Shown: one piece after another, positions 26,162 through 34,886 of the stretch
Numbering within the stretch: the first letter of the stretch is position 1
Layout of the letters: every line of letters starts with the position of its first letter
DNA from: Candidatus Xenobia bacterium
GTDB taxonomy: Bacteria > Vulcanimicrobiota > Xenobia > Xenobiales > QWHO01
Reading direction: 5' to 3'
DNA length: 64,000 nt
Assembly (NCBI GenBank): GCA_045863235.1
Contig: BTUM01000002.1
Span: forward strand, 96,001-160,000
Translations under genes and position numbers: made by a program
Notes under the pieces: generated by a model
Database searches by the model: none
Told to the model about the DNA's origin: nothing
Seen by the model: the letters and a program-made list of their open reading frames with translations, nothing else

Positions 26162-28225
26162 TCAGCGAGGAACCCAGGGCGGCGCGGGCGAGGCCGGGGA
26201 TGGCTCAACTGGCGTCAGAACGGGATCGGGAGTGGGCAGCGGAGCACTCGGGTCGGAGACGTAGAGGTGCACCTGGGTGCCCGGAGACACCTCCATGCCC
26301 GAGTCGGGCTCCTGCCCGACCACCTCGCCCTCCGGGGCGGCCGAGTTGATCCGGCGCGTCTCCCCCAGCTTCAATCCGAGCTCCTCGAGCTGGTTGCGAG
26401 CATCGTCCTCGCCCAGGCCGCTGAGATTGGGAACCACCACGCTGGGATTGGTCTTGACCGTCACCGTGCTGCCCTTGAGCGGATCCCCGGGCAACGGATC
26501 CTGGAAGACCACCGAATCCTGGGGACTGCTCGGGCCTTCCACGACCAGTTTGAGGCCCGACCGGCGCGCGATCTCCTCGGCTTCCTTGAGCGACTTCCCC
26601 TCCAGATCGGGGGCTGTCATTCCCAGGGAGCCAGCCGACAGGATGACGGAGACCTTGCGGCCTTTCACAGCCAGCGTTCCAGGCGAGGGGAGCTGCTCGA
26701 GGATCGTGTCTTCGGGAGCGCTGGCATCCTGGCGGGTCCCCCCCACCACCAGGGTCATCTCCAGGCTCTTAAGCAGGAGCTCGGCCTCCTCGCGGCCCAT
26801 GCCGACCAGGTTGGGGACGGCCGTCTTGGCGGCCCCGGTCGAAATGTAGACCGTCACCTGGCTGCCGCGAGCGAGCTCTGCCCCGGCCGACGGGTCCTGG
26901 CGGATCACCCGGCCTCCCGGCACCGAGGCGCTTTCCTCGCGCTCGAGCAGCACGCGAAAGCCCAGGGTCTCAAGCGCCTCGACCGCCTGAGGCTCGGTTT
27001 TCCCCGCCAGGTCGGGCACGGTGACCCTCTCGGGCGCCTGGCTCACCACCACCCGGACGAAGTCACCTTGCTTGCGCAGTTCGCCGGGAGTCGGGTCCTG
27101 CTCGAGAACAGTGTCTTGCCCGGCCGCGGCGTCGGGACGACGCTCGGATACTTCCAGGCGCAAGCCGAGAGCCTCCGCCTTCTGGCGAGCGGCCCGGAGC
27201 TCGAGCCCGACCAGATCGGGCACCACCACGCTGGGGGGTGGCATCAGCAACATTCCGATCAGCACCGATACGACCGCCAGCAAGGCCAGCGCGCCAAGAA
27301 GATGGGGAGTCCGCGAGGGTGCCGCGGCACGAGGCTCGACGGGTGGGCGCACGGCCGGCTGGCGGACCCGGGTATGCTCGAGAATGGGGCCGGGTACGGG
27401 GGCCGAGCCCTCCTGGAGGGCCCGAGCCATCTCGCTGGCAGAATTGAAGCGATCCTCGGGACGCTTGGCCAGGGCCCGCAGGATGACCTGATCCAGCCCG
27501 GGAGGCACGGCAGGATTGATCTGCGAGGCGCTGGGAGGGCTCTCCTGGATGTGCTTGAGGGCCACCTGCACCGGGGTATCGCCGGTAAAGGGCAGCCGGC
27601 CGGTCAGCATCTCAAACAACAGCACTCCGGCTGCGTAGAGATCCGTGGGCGGGCCCGAGTCCTTCCCTTGAGCCTGCTCGGGAGACATGTAGCTGACCGA
27701 GCCGAGCATCTCGCCCGTCCGGGTCAAGGTATGGTCGCCCAGTGCCTGAGCCACGCCGAAATCCGAGACGCGAGCCGAGCCGTGGGCATCCAGCAGCACG
27801 TTGCGAGCCGACAGGTCGCGATGGACGACCCCGTTGGAATGGGCACACTCGAGAGCGGAGAGCACCTGGACCATCATGGCCACCGCCTGGGGGGGAGGCA
27901 GCGGGCCACGCTGCAGGCGCTGGCGCAAATCCTCGCCCGGAACCAGCTCCATGATCAAGTAGGGCTCATCGGGCTCATCGGAGGAGTCGTAGACCTGAAC
28001 GATGTTCGGGTGGTTGAGCTTGGCGGCGCTCTTTCCCTCGCGCACAAAACGCAGCCGCGCATCCTGGTCGCGAGCGATCTCAGGGCGCGGGATCTTGATG
28101 GCAACCTCGCGTCCGAGTTTGAGATCGCGACCGCGATAGACCTGAGACATCCCGCCCTCACCGAGCAGGCCCAGAACTTCATATCGGCCGCCCAGACGGC
28201 GCGGCTCCTGGTTTTCGCCAGCCAT
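26162..28225 (-). CDS. pknB: Stk1/PknB-type protein kinase with 5 PASTA domains
   Basis: LGEGGMSQVY, VAIK, HRDLSARN, DFG, YMSPEQ, then a TM and five PASTA repeats. Confidence 0.85.
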   Translation of the reverse strand: MAGENQEPRRLGGRYEVLGLLGEGGMSQVYRGRDLKLGREVAIKIPRPEIARDQDARLRFVREGKSAAKLNHPNIVQVYDSSDEPDEPYLIMELVPGEDLRQRLQRGPLPPPQAVAMMVQVLSALECAHSNGVVHRDLSARNVLLDAHGSARVSDFGVAQALGDHTLTRTGEMLGSVSYMSPEQAQGKDSGPPTDLYAAGVLLFEMLTGRLPFTGDTPVQVALKHIQESPPSASQINPAVPPGLDQVILRALAKRPEDRFNSASEMARALQEGSAPVPGPILEHTRVRQPAVRPPVEPRAAAPSRTPHLLGALALLAVVSVLIGMLLMPPPSVVVPDLVGLELRAARQKAEALGLRLEVSERRPDAAAGQDTVLEQDPTPGELRKQGDFVRVVVSQAPERVTVPDLAGKTEPQAVEALETLGFRVLLEREESASVPGGRVIRQDPSAGAELARGSQVTVYISTGAAKTAVPNLVGMGREEAELLLKSLEMTLVVGGTRQDASAPEDTILEQLPSPGTLAVKGRKVSVILSAGSLGMTAPDLEGKSLKEAEEIARRSGLKLVVEGPSSPQDSVVFQDPLPGDPLKGSTVTVKTNPSVVVPNLSGLGEDDARNQLEELGLKLGETRRINSAAPEGEVVGQEPDSGMEVSPGTQVHLYVSDPSAPLPTPDPVLTPVEPSPASPAPPWVPR

Positions 28226-28532
28226 GGCGGCGCCATGTTCTGATCTTGAGCGATGAGTCCTCCCTCGCCCACGCACTCCAGCCCCCTGTAAGGTCTGTAC
28301 ACTTCTTGCAGGACCAAGGAAGGGGGAGAGGCTCCCTCGGTCAAACAGGGGGGCGGGGGAAGGACCCGCCGCGTACGGGTCGCGATCAGGCTTGTGTTTG
28401 GAGTAGCGCAGTGGCAGGGAGGTTCCCGGCAGATCCCGAACTTACTCAGCGGGGGAGAATGGCCAGCATTCTTCCTCTTATGTGCACCATGAAACTTGGC
28501 GGGCAGGCCCCCGCCTCTGGAAGGGAGATACG

Positions 28533-30671
28533 GTGACTCCCAAGTTTGGCTCTGGAAATCAGCAGCACAAGCCGCAGCTGCCCGCCAAAGGCACGGGTGG
28601 CTCTGGCCAGACGCCCACCGAAGGTGGGAAGCCCGGCGCTGCAACCTCCGGTCTGGTCCGAAAGGATGTTCCCTCGAAGAATCCCATGGCCGTCGAGGAG
28701 GGCGATAAGCCCATTTTCGGCGACATCCCCAAGGAGAATCTCGAGGAAGCTCTGGCCGAGGTGGATGCGGCGCTCGAGCAAAACCCCGACGACAAAGAAC
28801 TCCACATCCGCAAGTATCGCATCCTACGCAAGTCCAACGACCGCCCCGCAATGCGCGCCGCTCTGCAACAAGCGGCTCGGGTTTGCGGCGACTCCTTCTT
28901 CGGCGTCAAGCTGGCCGAGGCACTGGAAGAAGAAGGCTCTTTCACCAAGGCTCTCGAGTGGCGTCGGTGGGTGGCTCAGTTCACCCCCGAGGACCCCGAG
29001 ACAATCCGCCGCCTGGCGGCCACGGCCGTGCGAGCCGGGGCCCTGAAGACGGCCGAAGTCTCCTACACCAAACTGCTCGAGCTTCGGCAATCCGACGAAG
29101 CTCCGCTGGGCGGCACGTTCTACGAGGAGATGCTGGGCAAGGGACTGGAGACCGAAAAGCGCATCCAGCTCCACCAGATGGGCATCCGGCTGCTGGCCAA
29201 GGCGCTCGAGACCCGAGCCGACTCGCCTGCCCTGCTCGATTCGGCGGCTCGATTGAGCTACCGGGTCAAGGACATGGACGCCGCTCGGCTGTTCTTCGAG
29301 CGCTCTTTGAAGACCAACAGTGATCACAAGAATGCCCGCCAGTGGAAGGTCGAGCTGCTGCGGGTCTACTCCAACAAGGGCATGGTCAAGGAATGGCGTG
29401 CTCTCAACGACAGCATGATCGCCGAGTTGAAGGAGTATGTCAAAACCTATCGTGGCGACACGCGAGCCTGGCAGATCCTCACCAGCCAGTTGATTCAAGC
29501 GGGTGAGTTCGACGAGGCGATCCACTACCTCAAAGAAGCCCTGCTGTCCGACTCCAAGAACGCCCAGGCCCTGTGGGAACTGGGTCGACTCTACGTGCGT
29601 ATGGGCCGCTCCCAGGACGCGGTGGACTATTACGAAGAGATCATCAACGACCCCAACGAAAAGAAGTCGGTGCGCCGAGCCATCGAGCGCGCCCTGGCCG
29701 ATCTGTTCTTCAAGCTCGGTCGCTATCGGGAGGCCCTGGCCATCTATGATCGCGATCCCGAGGGCAACCTGCGCATGATTGCGCCCATCTACGAAGCCGT
29801 GGGGGATCTCGCCGAAGCCGAGAAACTGTACGTCAAGTCCGTCAAGCAGGCACCACGCGATGCGCGTTGCCACCTGGGGCTGGCCGAGTTCAAGGTTCGC
29901 CAGGAAGATTGGGCGATGGCCGCTGAAGCCGGTCGAGAAGGCCTGCGCTGCAGCTATGCCAACGAGGAAGTGCACTCCAACCTGGCGGTGGCTCTGGCCA
30001 CCGCCCAGATGAAGCTGGGTCAGGTCGAGGATGCCTTCAAGACCATGGAGGAGATCTGCGAGGCCTACCCTGACTCGATTCACCAGGTGTTCCGCAAGGT
30101 CAAGCTCATGGTGCGCCTGGGACGCAAAGAGGAAGCCCTGGAGCTGGCCGAGGAGGTACGCACCCAGGCTGAGCATCAAACCGGCTGCGCCCCGGCCTCG
30201 TCGGCCCTGTGGAGCCTGCTGGGCGACTGCTGCTCGCTGCTGGGCAACATCGGCGCGGCCGAGGAGGCTTATACCAACGCCTTGCGCTACGACTTCATGG
30301 ACTCGGTGGCCGTGCGCGGGCTGGGGATGGTGGCCGAGAAGCGCAACGACCTGCGCCGGGCGCTCGAGCTCTATCAGCGCTTCGTGGTGCTCGATCCCCT
30401 CAACCTGGCCGTGCCCACCATCAAGGGACGGATCGAGGAGCTGGTTGAAAAGGTCGGCCCACTGCCCGTCCCCGAGACGGCCGAGGAAGCCGCCGACACG
30501 ATGAGCGCCCAGGAAGATACCTGGACCCCACCGGCCCGGCCCGAAACGCCCGAGCCGGCTCCGGCGCCACCGCCGGCGCCCAAGCCCAAGCCTCAGCCTC
30601 CCCCGCCGCCCGATAACGCGACGCCCGAGGGATGGATGGGGACGGGCGAGGTGGACTGGTACCAGCAGTAA
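28533..30671 (+). CDS. Large tetratricopeptide repeat protein with Pro-rich tail
   Basis: Many TPR units (ALWELGRLY..., LWSLLGDC...). GTG start after GGGAG. Confidence 0.85.
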   Translation: MTPKFGSGNQQHKPQLPAKGTGGSGQTPTEGGKPGAATSGLVRKDVPSKNPMAVEEGDKPIFGDIPKENLEEALAEVDAALEQNPDDKELHIRKYRILRKSNDRPAMRAALQQAARVCGDSFFGVKLAEALEEEGSFTKALEWRRWVAQFTPEDPETIRRLAATAVRAGALKTAEVSYTKLLELRQSDEAPLGGTFYEEMLGKGLETEKRIQLHQMGIRLLAKALETRADSPALLDSAARLSYRVKDMDAARLFFERSLKTNSDHKNARQWKVELLRVYSNKGMVKEWRALNDSMIAELKEYVKTYRGDTRAWQILTSQLIQAGEFDEAIHYLKEALLSDSKNAQALWELGRLYVRMGRSQDAVDYYEEIINDPNEKKSVRRAIERALADLFFKLGRYREALAIYDRDPEGNLRMIAPIYEAVGDLAEAEKLYVKSVKQAPRDARCHLGLAEFKVRQEDWAMAAEAGREGLRCSYANEEVHSNLAVALATAQMKLGQVEDAFKTMEEICEAYPDSIHQVFRKVKLMVRLGRKEEALELAEEVRTQAEHQTGCAPASSALWSLLGDCCSLLGNIGAAEEAYTNALRYDFMDSVAVRGLGMVAEKRNDLRRALELYQRFVVLDPLNLAVPTIKGRIEELVEKVGPLPVPETAEEAADTMSAQEDTWTPPARPETPEPAPAPPPAPKPKPQPPPPPDNATPEGWMGTGEVDWYQQ

Positions 30672-30674
30672 GCG

Positions 30675-30705
30675 GGAGACGGGAGCAATCCCGTCTCCTT
30701 CTCTT
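30675..30705 (+). terminator. Strong hairpin / probable terminator
   Basis: GGAGACGGGA-GCAA-TCCCGTCTCC followed by TTCTCTT. Confidence 0.7.
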
Positions 30706-30743
30706 ACAGGGCAAGCTCCCGGGGCGCGCGAAGCGAGCCTGCC

Positions 30744-32645
30744 ATGGCCCTGCAACCCGACGCCGCCGAGCGCATCCAGGAGATCGAGAAGCGCCTCAAG
30801 GACGAGCCTAAGAATGCCGAACTGGCGGTTACGCTGGGGGAAGCCTATCTGCGCATCGACCGGGTGGAGGACGCCGCCGCCGCTTACGCCCGCTCGGCCG
30901 AGCTCGACCCGCGCTCGGAGCTCAAGTCTCTCTACTGGGAGTGGCTGGGTGGTGTGCGCGAGGCCCGCGGTGAGCTGGAGGAGGCTCTGGAGGCCTACTT
31001 CAACTGGGCTGAGGCAGAGCCGGCCGGGGTCGAGCCACTCGATCGAGTGGGCACCCTGCTCGTGCGCCTGCAACGTTGGACCGACATCGTGCTGCTGCGG
31101 CCCCACTACCTGCGCCGGCGCGAGCAGCAAGGCGGCTCGGACCCACGCCTGAGCGAGTCGCTGGCTCTCTACGGGTTCGTGCTCGACCAGCTGGGCAGCC
31201 CGGAAGAGACCACTCCCCTGGAGCGCACCTACGGCGCGCTCGAGGAAGACGCACGCAGCGTGTCCATGCGCTACCTGCTGGGAGTGCTCTTCTATCGCAC
31301 CGAGCATCTGGAAGCGGCCCGGGCAGAATTCGAGCGCGTGCTGGAGCTGGATGTGGACGGCACCTGGCGCGAGGACCGCTTCTCGCTGCAATGGGACGCC
31401 TCGGCCGCGCGCCTCATGCTGGCTCGTATCGCGCGCCTGCAGGGCGATCCGGAGGAAGCGCTGAGTCAGCTCTCCGAGTCGCTCAAGACTCGAGACGACG
31501 ACGCCGAGCGTCTGGAAGAGGTCGCCTCGCTGCTGCTCGATTATCGCCGCTATCAAGAGGCTTTGAGGATTCTGCCCGAGCTTGGCGAGCAGGCCCCCGG
31601 CTGGGTGCACTCTTACCAGGCGGAAAGCTTGCTGGGCCTCGGCCGCATCCGGGAGGCCGAGGCAGCCTTCTTGAGCCAGCTCGAAGGCCCCACTGAAGAA
31701 GAGGACGAGCCCGAGCGCGCCATCGAGGCCGGCAACGGCAAGCACCAGACGGCGCTGGCCCGAGCCGAGGAGGAATTTGCCCGAGGCAAGCCGGCAGCCG
31801 CACTCAAGCTGTTTACCAGACTTCTGGAGGGAGGGGCGGCCTGGCCGGCCCTGTGGGGCGAGGCACGCTGCCTGGCCGAGTTGGAGCGATGGCCCCAGGC
31901 GCTGGAGAGCCTGGAGAAACTGCTCGCTCTTCGGCCCGGCCTGGAAGAGGGCTGGAGCTTGTTGGCCGAAGCCGCCCGCCACACCGGTCAGCCCCGCTTG
32001 ACCACCCTGGCCCGGGTGCAACGCGAGCGCCTGCGCTCTGAGCCGGAAGTGTCGCCGGGGCTGGTTTACCCGGTGGGATCCGAGCGGGTGGTCGGATTCC
32101 TGGTGCAGGCTCGCTCGCTGCCCGGTCGAGGCGAGCTGATCGTGACCGGCGAAGGGGGCAAGCTGGCTGGAGAGCTGGCGCGCCTGGCTCTCTCCTTGCT
32201 GCAGATCCGCTTCGACGAGCTCGGGCTGGACGATCCGACCTATCGAGTGCTGCATCTGCACATTTCGGCTCTCTACCCGAGACTGGACGAGCCAGCCAAG
32301 GGTGACGAGAAGGAAGAGAGGCCCAGCCTGCGCGAGGATGCCGGAGGAGCGGTCATGGCCGCCCTGGCCATGGCGCTGCAGAACCAGGACCCGGCCCCGG
32401 GCCAGGTGGTGCTGGGCCGCATCGACCTGGAGGGACGTCTCTCGGGGCCGGTGGATGCAGGCGGCTCGCTGGCCCAGCTTTCCAGCGAGGGCTTCCCCTA
32501 CCGCCGGCTTCTCTTGCCGCGAACCAGCGCTTCCGAGCTGCTACGCCTGCCACCTGCCCTCTGGCTGTTGCCTGAGGTCACCCTCGTAGAGCGGGTGGAG
32601 GATCTGCTCGAGGGCATTGCGCGCCAGCTTCCGGAGGAAGGATAG
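30744..32645 (+). CDS. TPR protein fused to a degenerate Lon protease C-terminal (S16) domain
   Basis: TPRs, then PGRGELIVTG...LHLHI...EDAGGAV...GRIDLEGRL, which aligns with Lon_C (GKG.L.LTG, HIH, PSAG, TGEI.L.G). Confidence 0.7.
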   Translation: MALQPDAAERIQEIEKRLKDEPKNAELAVTLGEAYLRIDRVEDAAAAYARSAELDPRSELKSLYWEWLGGVREARGELEEALEAYFNWAEAEPAGVEPLDRVGTLLVRLQRWTDIVLLRPHYLRRREQQGGSDPRLSESLALYGFVLDQLGSPEETTPLERTYGALEEDARSVSMRYLLGVLFYRTEHLEAARAEFERVLELDVDGTWREDRFSLQWDASAARLMLARIARLQGDPEEALSQLSESLKTRDDDAERLEEVASLLLDYRRYQEALRILPELGEQAPGWVHSYQAESLLGLGRIREAEAAFLSQLEGPTEEEDEPERAIEAGNGKHQTALARAEEEFARGKPAAALKLFTRLLEGGAAWPALWGEARCLAELERWPQALESLEKLLALRPGLEEGWSLLAEAARHTGQPRLTTLARVQRERLRSEPEVSPGLVYPVGSERVVGFLVQARSLPGRGELIVTGEGGKLAGELARLALSLLQIRFDELGLDDPTYRVLHLHISALYPRLDEPAKGDEKEERPSLREDAGGAVMAALAMALQNQDPAPGQVVLGRIDLEGRLSGPVDAGGSLAQLSSEGFPYRRLLLPRTSASELLRLPPALWLLPEVTLVERVEDLLEGIARQLPEEG

Positions 32646-34136
32646 ATGTACTTTCAGGCTCACGACGTGGTCCAGGCCCTGGCCCTGGCACGCAAGGCCT
32701 GCCTGGCCATGGGTCACGCCTATCTTTGTCCCGAGCACCTTCTCATCGGGTTGGCCGAGGAGGATAGCGGGGAAGGCGGGCGTTTCCTGCGCCGCCGGGG
32801 CATCACCGCCAGCAAGGTGAAGAAGGCCGTGCTGACCCTGGTCGGTAAAGGCAAGGGAAGCGTGGAGGAGGACTGGGTGCCCCCTCCCAGCCTGCGGGCC
32901 CTGGGGGCGCTGCGGCTGGCCGAGGACATGGCCTCGAGCTACTCGCGGCCCGTCAACTCGATCTACCTGCTCTGGGCCGTGCTGCAAGATCGAGACAGCG
33001 ATGCCGCCAGCCTGCTGTTGAGCCGGGGGGCCGACCTGGTGAGCTGGTCGGCGGCCCTGGAAGAGCTGATGGGCGAGCCCACCCGTCGCCGCCCGCGCGT
33101 CTTCTCGCTGGCCTCCGGGCCCGAGCGCCCCGGCCAGCTGGCCGAGGCCAAGCGCTGGCGCGAGCGACTGAAGGCTTCAGCCCAGACGCTGAAGGACAAG
33201 ATCATCGGTCAGGACGCCGCCGTGGATCGGGTGGCCGCGGCGCTGGTGCGCTCGTGGGCGGGCCTGTCCGAGGCCGGTCGCCCCCTGGCCAGCTTTCTCT
33301 TCGCCGGTCCACGGGGGGCCGGCAAGACCACCCTGGCCGTCAGCCTGGCCGAGTTCTTGTTCAACGACCCCGAGCGGCTCATCCGCCTGAACCTGGACGA
33401 GTTCTCCGACGAGCTGCGAGCCATGCGCCTGGCCGGCCATGCTGGCGGGTCGCCCCAGGAGCAGGAGGGCGTGCTCACCATGCTGGCCCAGGAGTATCCC
33501 TACTCGGTGCTCTACCTGGAAGACGCCGACCGCGCCCATCCGCGTGCGCTGGATGTGATCCACCAGATCCTGGCCCGGGGCCACGTGATCGACGGACGCG
33601 GGCAACGGGTGGAATTTCGCGACAACGTGGTGATCCTGTCGGTGGTGGTGGACGCCGACATGTTCGAACGCGAGCAACCGGTGGGCTTCCGCCTCTCCGA
33701 CCGCCACCGGCTCTCAGCCCAGGACAAGCTCGAGCGCGCCCTCTTACCCGAGCTCGAGCGAGCCCTCAGCTCGGAAGCCCTCGAGCAGGTCGACGACGTG
33801 GTGCTCTTCCCCCCCCTGGGCCGCTCGGACATGGCCGAGCTGGTGGAGAAGTGGACCAACGACCTGGCCCGCCACCTCAAGCAGCGCCGCGGGGTCAAGG
33901 TGACGGTGCGACCGGAGGTCCACGAGTTCTTGATCGGCAAGGCCGAGGGCGGCCCCGAGGGTGCCGGCACGCTGCGCCGCCTGTTCACGCGCGAGGTGGA
34001 GAACCGATTGGCCCACGCCATGCTGGAAGAGCAGTACCACGAGGGCGACTGGGTGGAGGTGCAGACCGAGAAAGGCGAGCTGGTGGTGCGCCAGAAGAAG
34101 CGCACGCCGACCAGGCGAGAAGCCAAGAAGGGCTGA
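32646..34136 (+). CDS. Truncated ClpA/ClpC-like protein: Clp N-domain plus only the second AAA+ module
   Basis: GHAYLCPEHLLIGL (Clp repeat), IIGQDAAV, RPLASFLFAGPRGAGKT, DGRGQRVEFRD, GAGTLRR. D1 module absent. Confidence 0.8.
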   Translation: MYFQAHDVVQALALARKACLAMGHAYLCPEHLLIGLAEEDSGEGGRFLRRRGITASKVKKAVLTLVGKGKGSVEEDWVPPPSLRALGALRLAEDMASSYSRPVNSIYLLWAVLQDRDSDAASLLLSRGADLVSWSAALEELMGEPTRRRPRVFSLASGPERPGQLAEAKRWRERLKASAQTLKDKIIGQDAAVDRVAAALVRSWAGLSEAGRPLASFLFAGPRGAGKTTLAVSLAEFLFNDPERLIRLNLDEFSDELRAMRLAGHAGGSPQEQEGVLTMLAQEYPYSVLYLEDADRAHPRALDVIHQILARGHVIDGRGQRVEFRDNVVILSVVVDADMFEREQPVGFRLSDRHRLSAQDKLERALLPELERALSSEALEQVDDVVLFPPLGRSDMAELVEKWTNDLARHLKQRRGVKVTVRPEVHEFLIGKAEGGPEGAGTLRRLFTREVENRLAHAMLEEQYHEGDWVEVQTEKGELVVRQKKRTPTRREAKKG

Positions 34137-34186
34137 CTTTGAGGTAACCGAAGGTCCGCTCCAGCTGACCACGAATCTCCTCAATC

Positions 34187-34633
34187 GTGAGAAAACGAGT
34201 CGTTTTGTTGTTGCTGTTGTTGCTCCTGCCGACCCTGGCCGACGACGCCAGGAGCCTGGCCACGATGAAGAAGGCCTATGCCACGGTGCTGGCCTCCGAA
34301 AAGAAGGCTCTGAATATCAAGAAACCGGCCGGGACCAGTCCCGCCGAGATCGCCCAGATCGAGCGCGACGACCTCGTTCTGGAGGGGCTGAAGAAGGAAC
34401 TCTACCAGGTCCAGAAAGGCCTGGGTCCCGAGCCCGACAAGCAAGAGCTCAAGGTGGTCCACAGCAAGCTGCGCGACCTCATCAACTACGAGGTCGACTG
34501 GATGTCTCGCGAGCAGAACTACCTGGCCATCGGCCCCAGGGGCAATCCGGAAGCGGTGCGCCGCGCAGCCGACCAGGCTTACGCCGAGTACAAGACCCGG
34601 CGCGACGAGCTGGCCTCTCAGCTCAAGAAGTAG
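34187..34633 (+). CDS. Secreted helical hypothetical protein
   Basis: Signal peptide MRKRVVLLLLLLLLPTLA; good codon bias. Confidence 0.65.
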   Translation: MRKRVVLLLLLLLLPTLADDARSLATMKKAYATVLASEKKALNIKKPAGTSPAEIAQIERDDLVLEGLKKELYQVQKGLGPEPDKQELKVVHSKLRDLINYEVDWMSREQNYLAIGPRGNPEAVRRAADQAYAEYKTRRDELASQLKK

Positions 34634-34880
34634 GGCGTTCTTCCTGACTCGGGGGCGAGGGGGGCGTCAGGCCCACCAAGCCCAGGAAGTCAGGCAGTTT
34701 GAGCTTGCCCTGCTGGGCCATCTTGCAGACCCCGGCGGCTACCGTGAAGCCGATGGTCAGGGCCAGTCCGGCCTTGCCCATAGCCTCGAAAGCCTCGCCC
34801 AGCGCCTGCCAGTCGTCGGGGCGGCGGGCAGCCAGGGCGGATTGGGTCTCGCGGTTGGCGATCTGCTCTTCGGAATCCAT
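34623..34880 (-). CDS. Small membrane hypothetical protein
   Basis: 85 aa with one TM, starting 6 nt after the NHL gene stop. Confidence 0.5.
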   Translation of the reverse strand: MDSEEQIANRETQSALAARRPDDWQALGEAFEAMGKAGLALTIGFTVAAGVCKMAQQGKLKLPDFLGLVGLTPPSPPSQEERPTS

Positions 34881-34886
34881 CCTGAG

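Noticed and set aside
28824..32261. 1145 aa minus-strand ORF and many other long antisense ORFs (e.g. 19786-22101, 26126-28243, 52058-54400, 56441-59104)
   Set aside because: Shadow frames of well-supported genes in high-GC DNA; no recognisable motifs.
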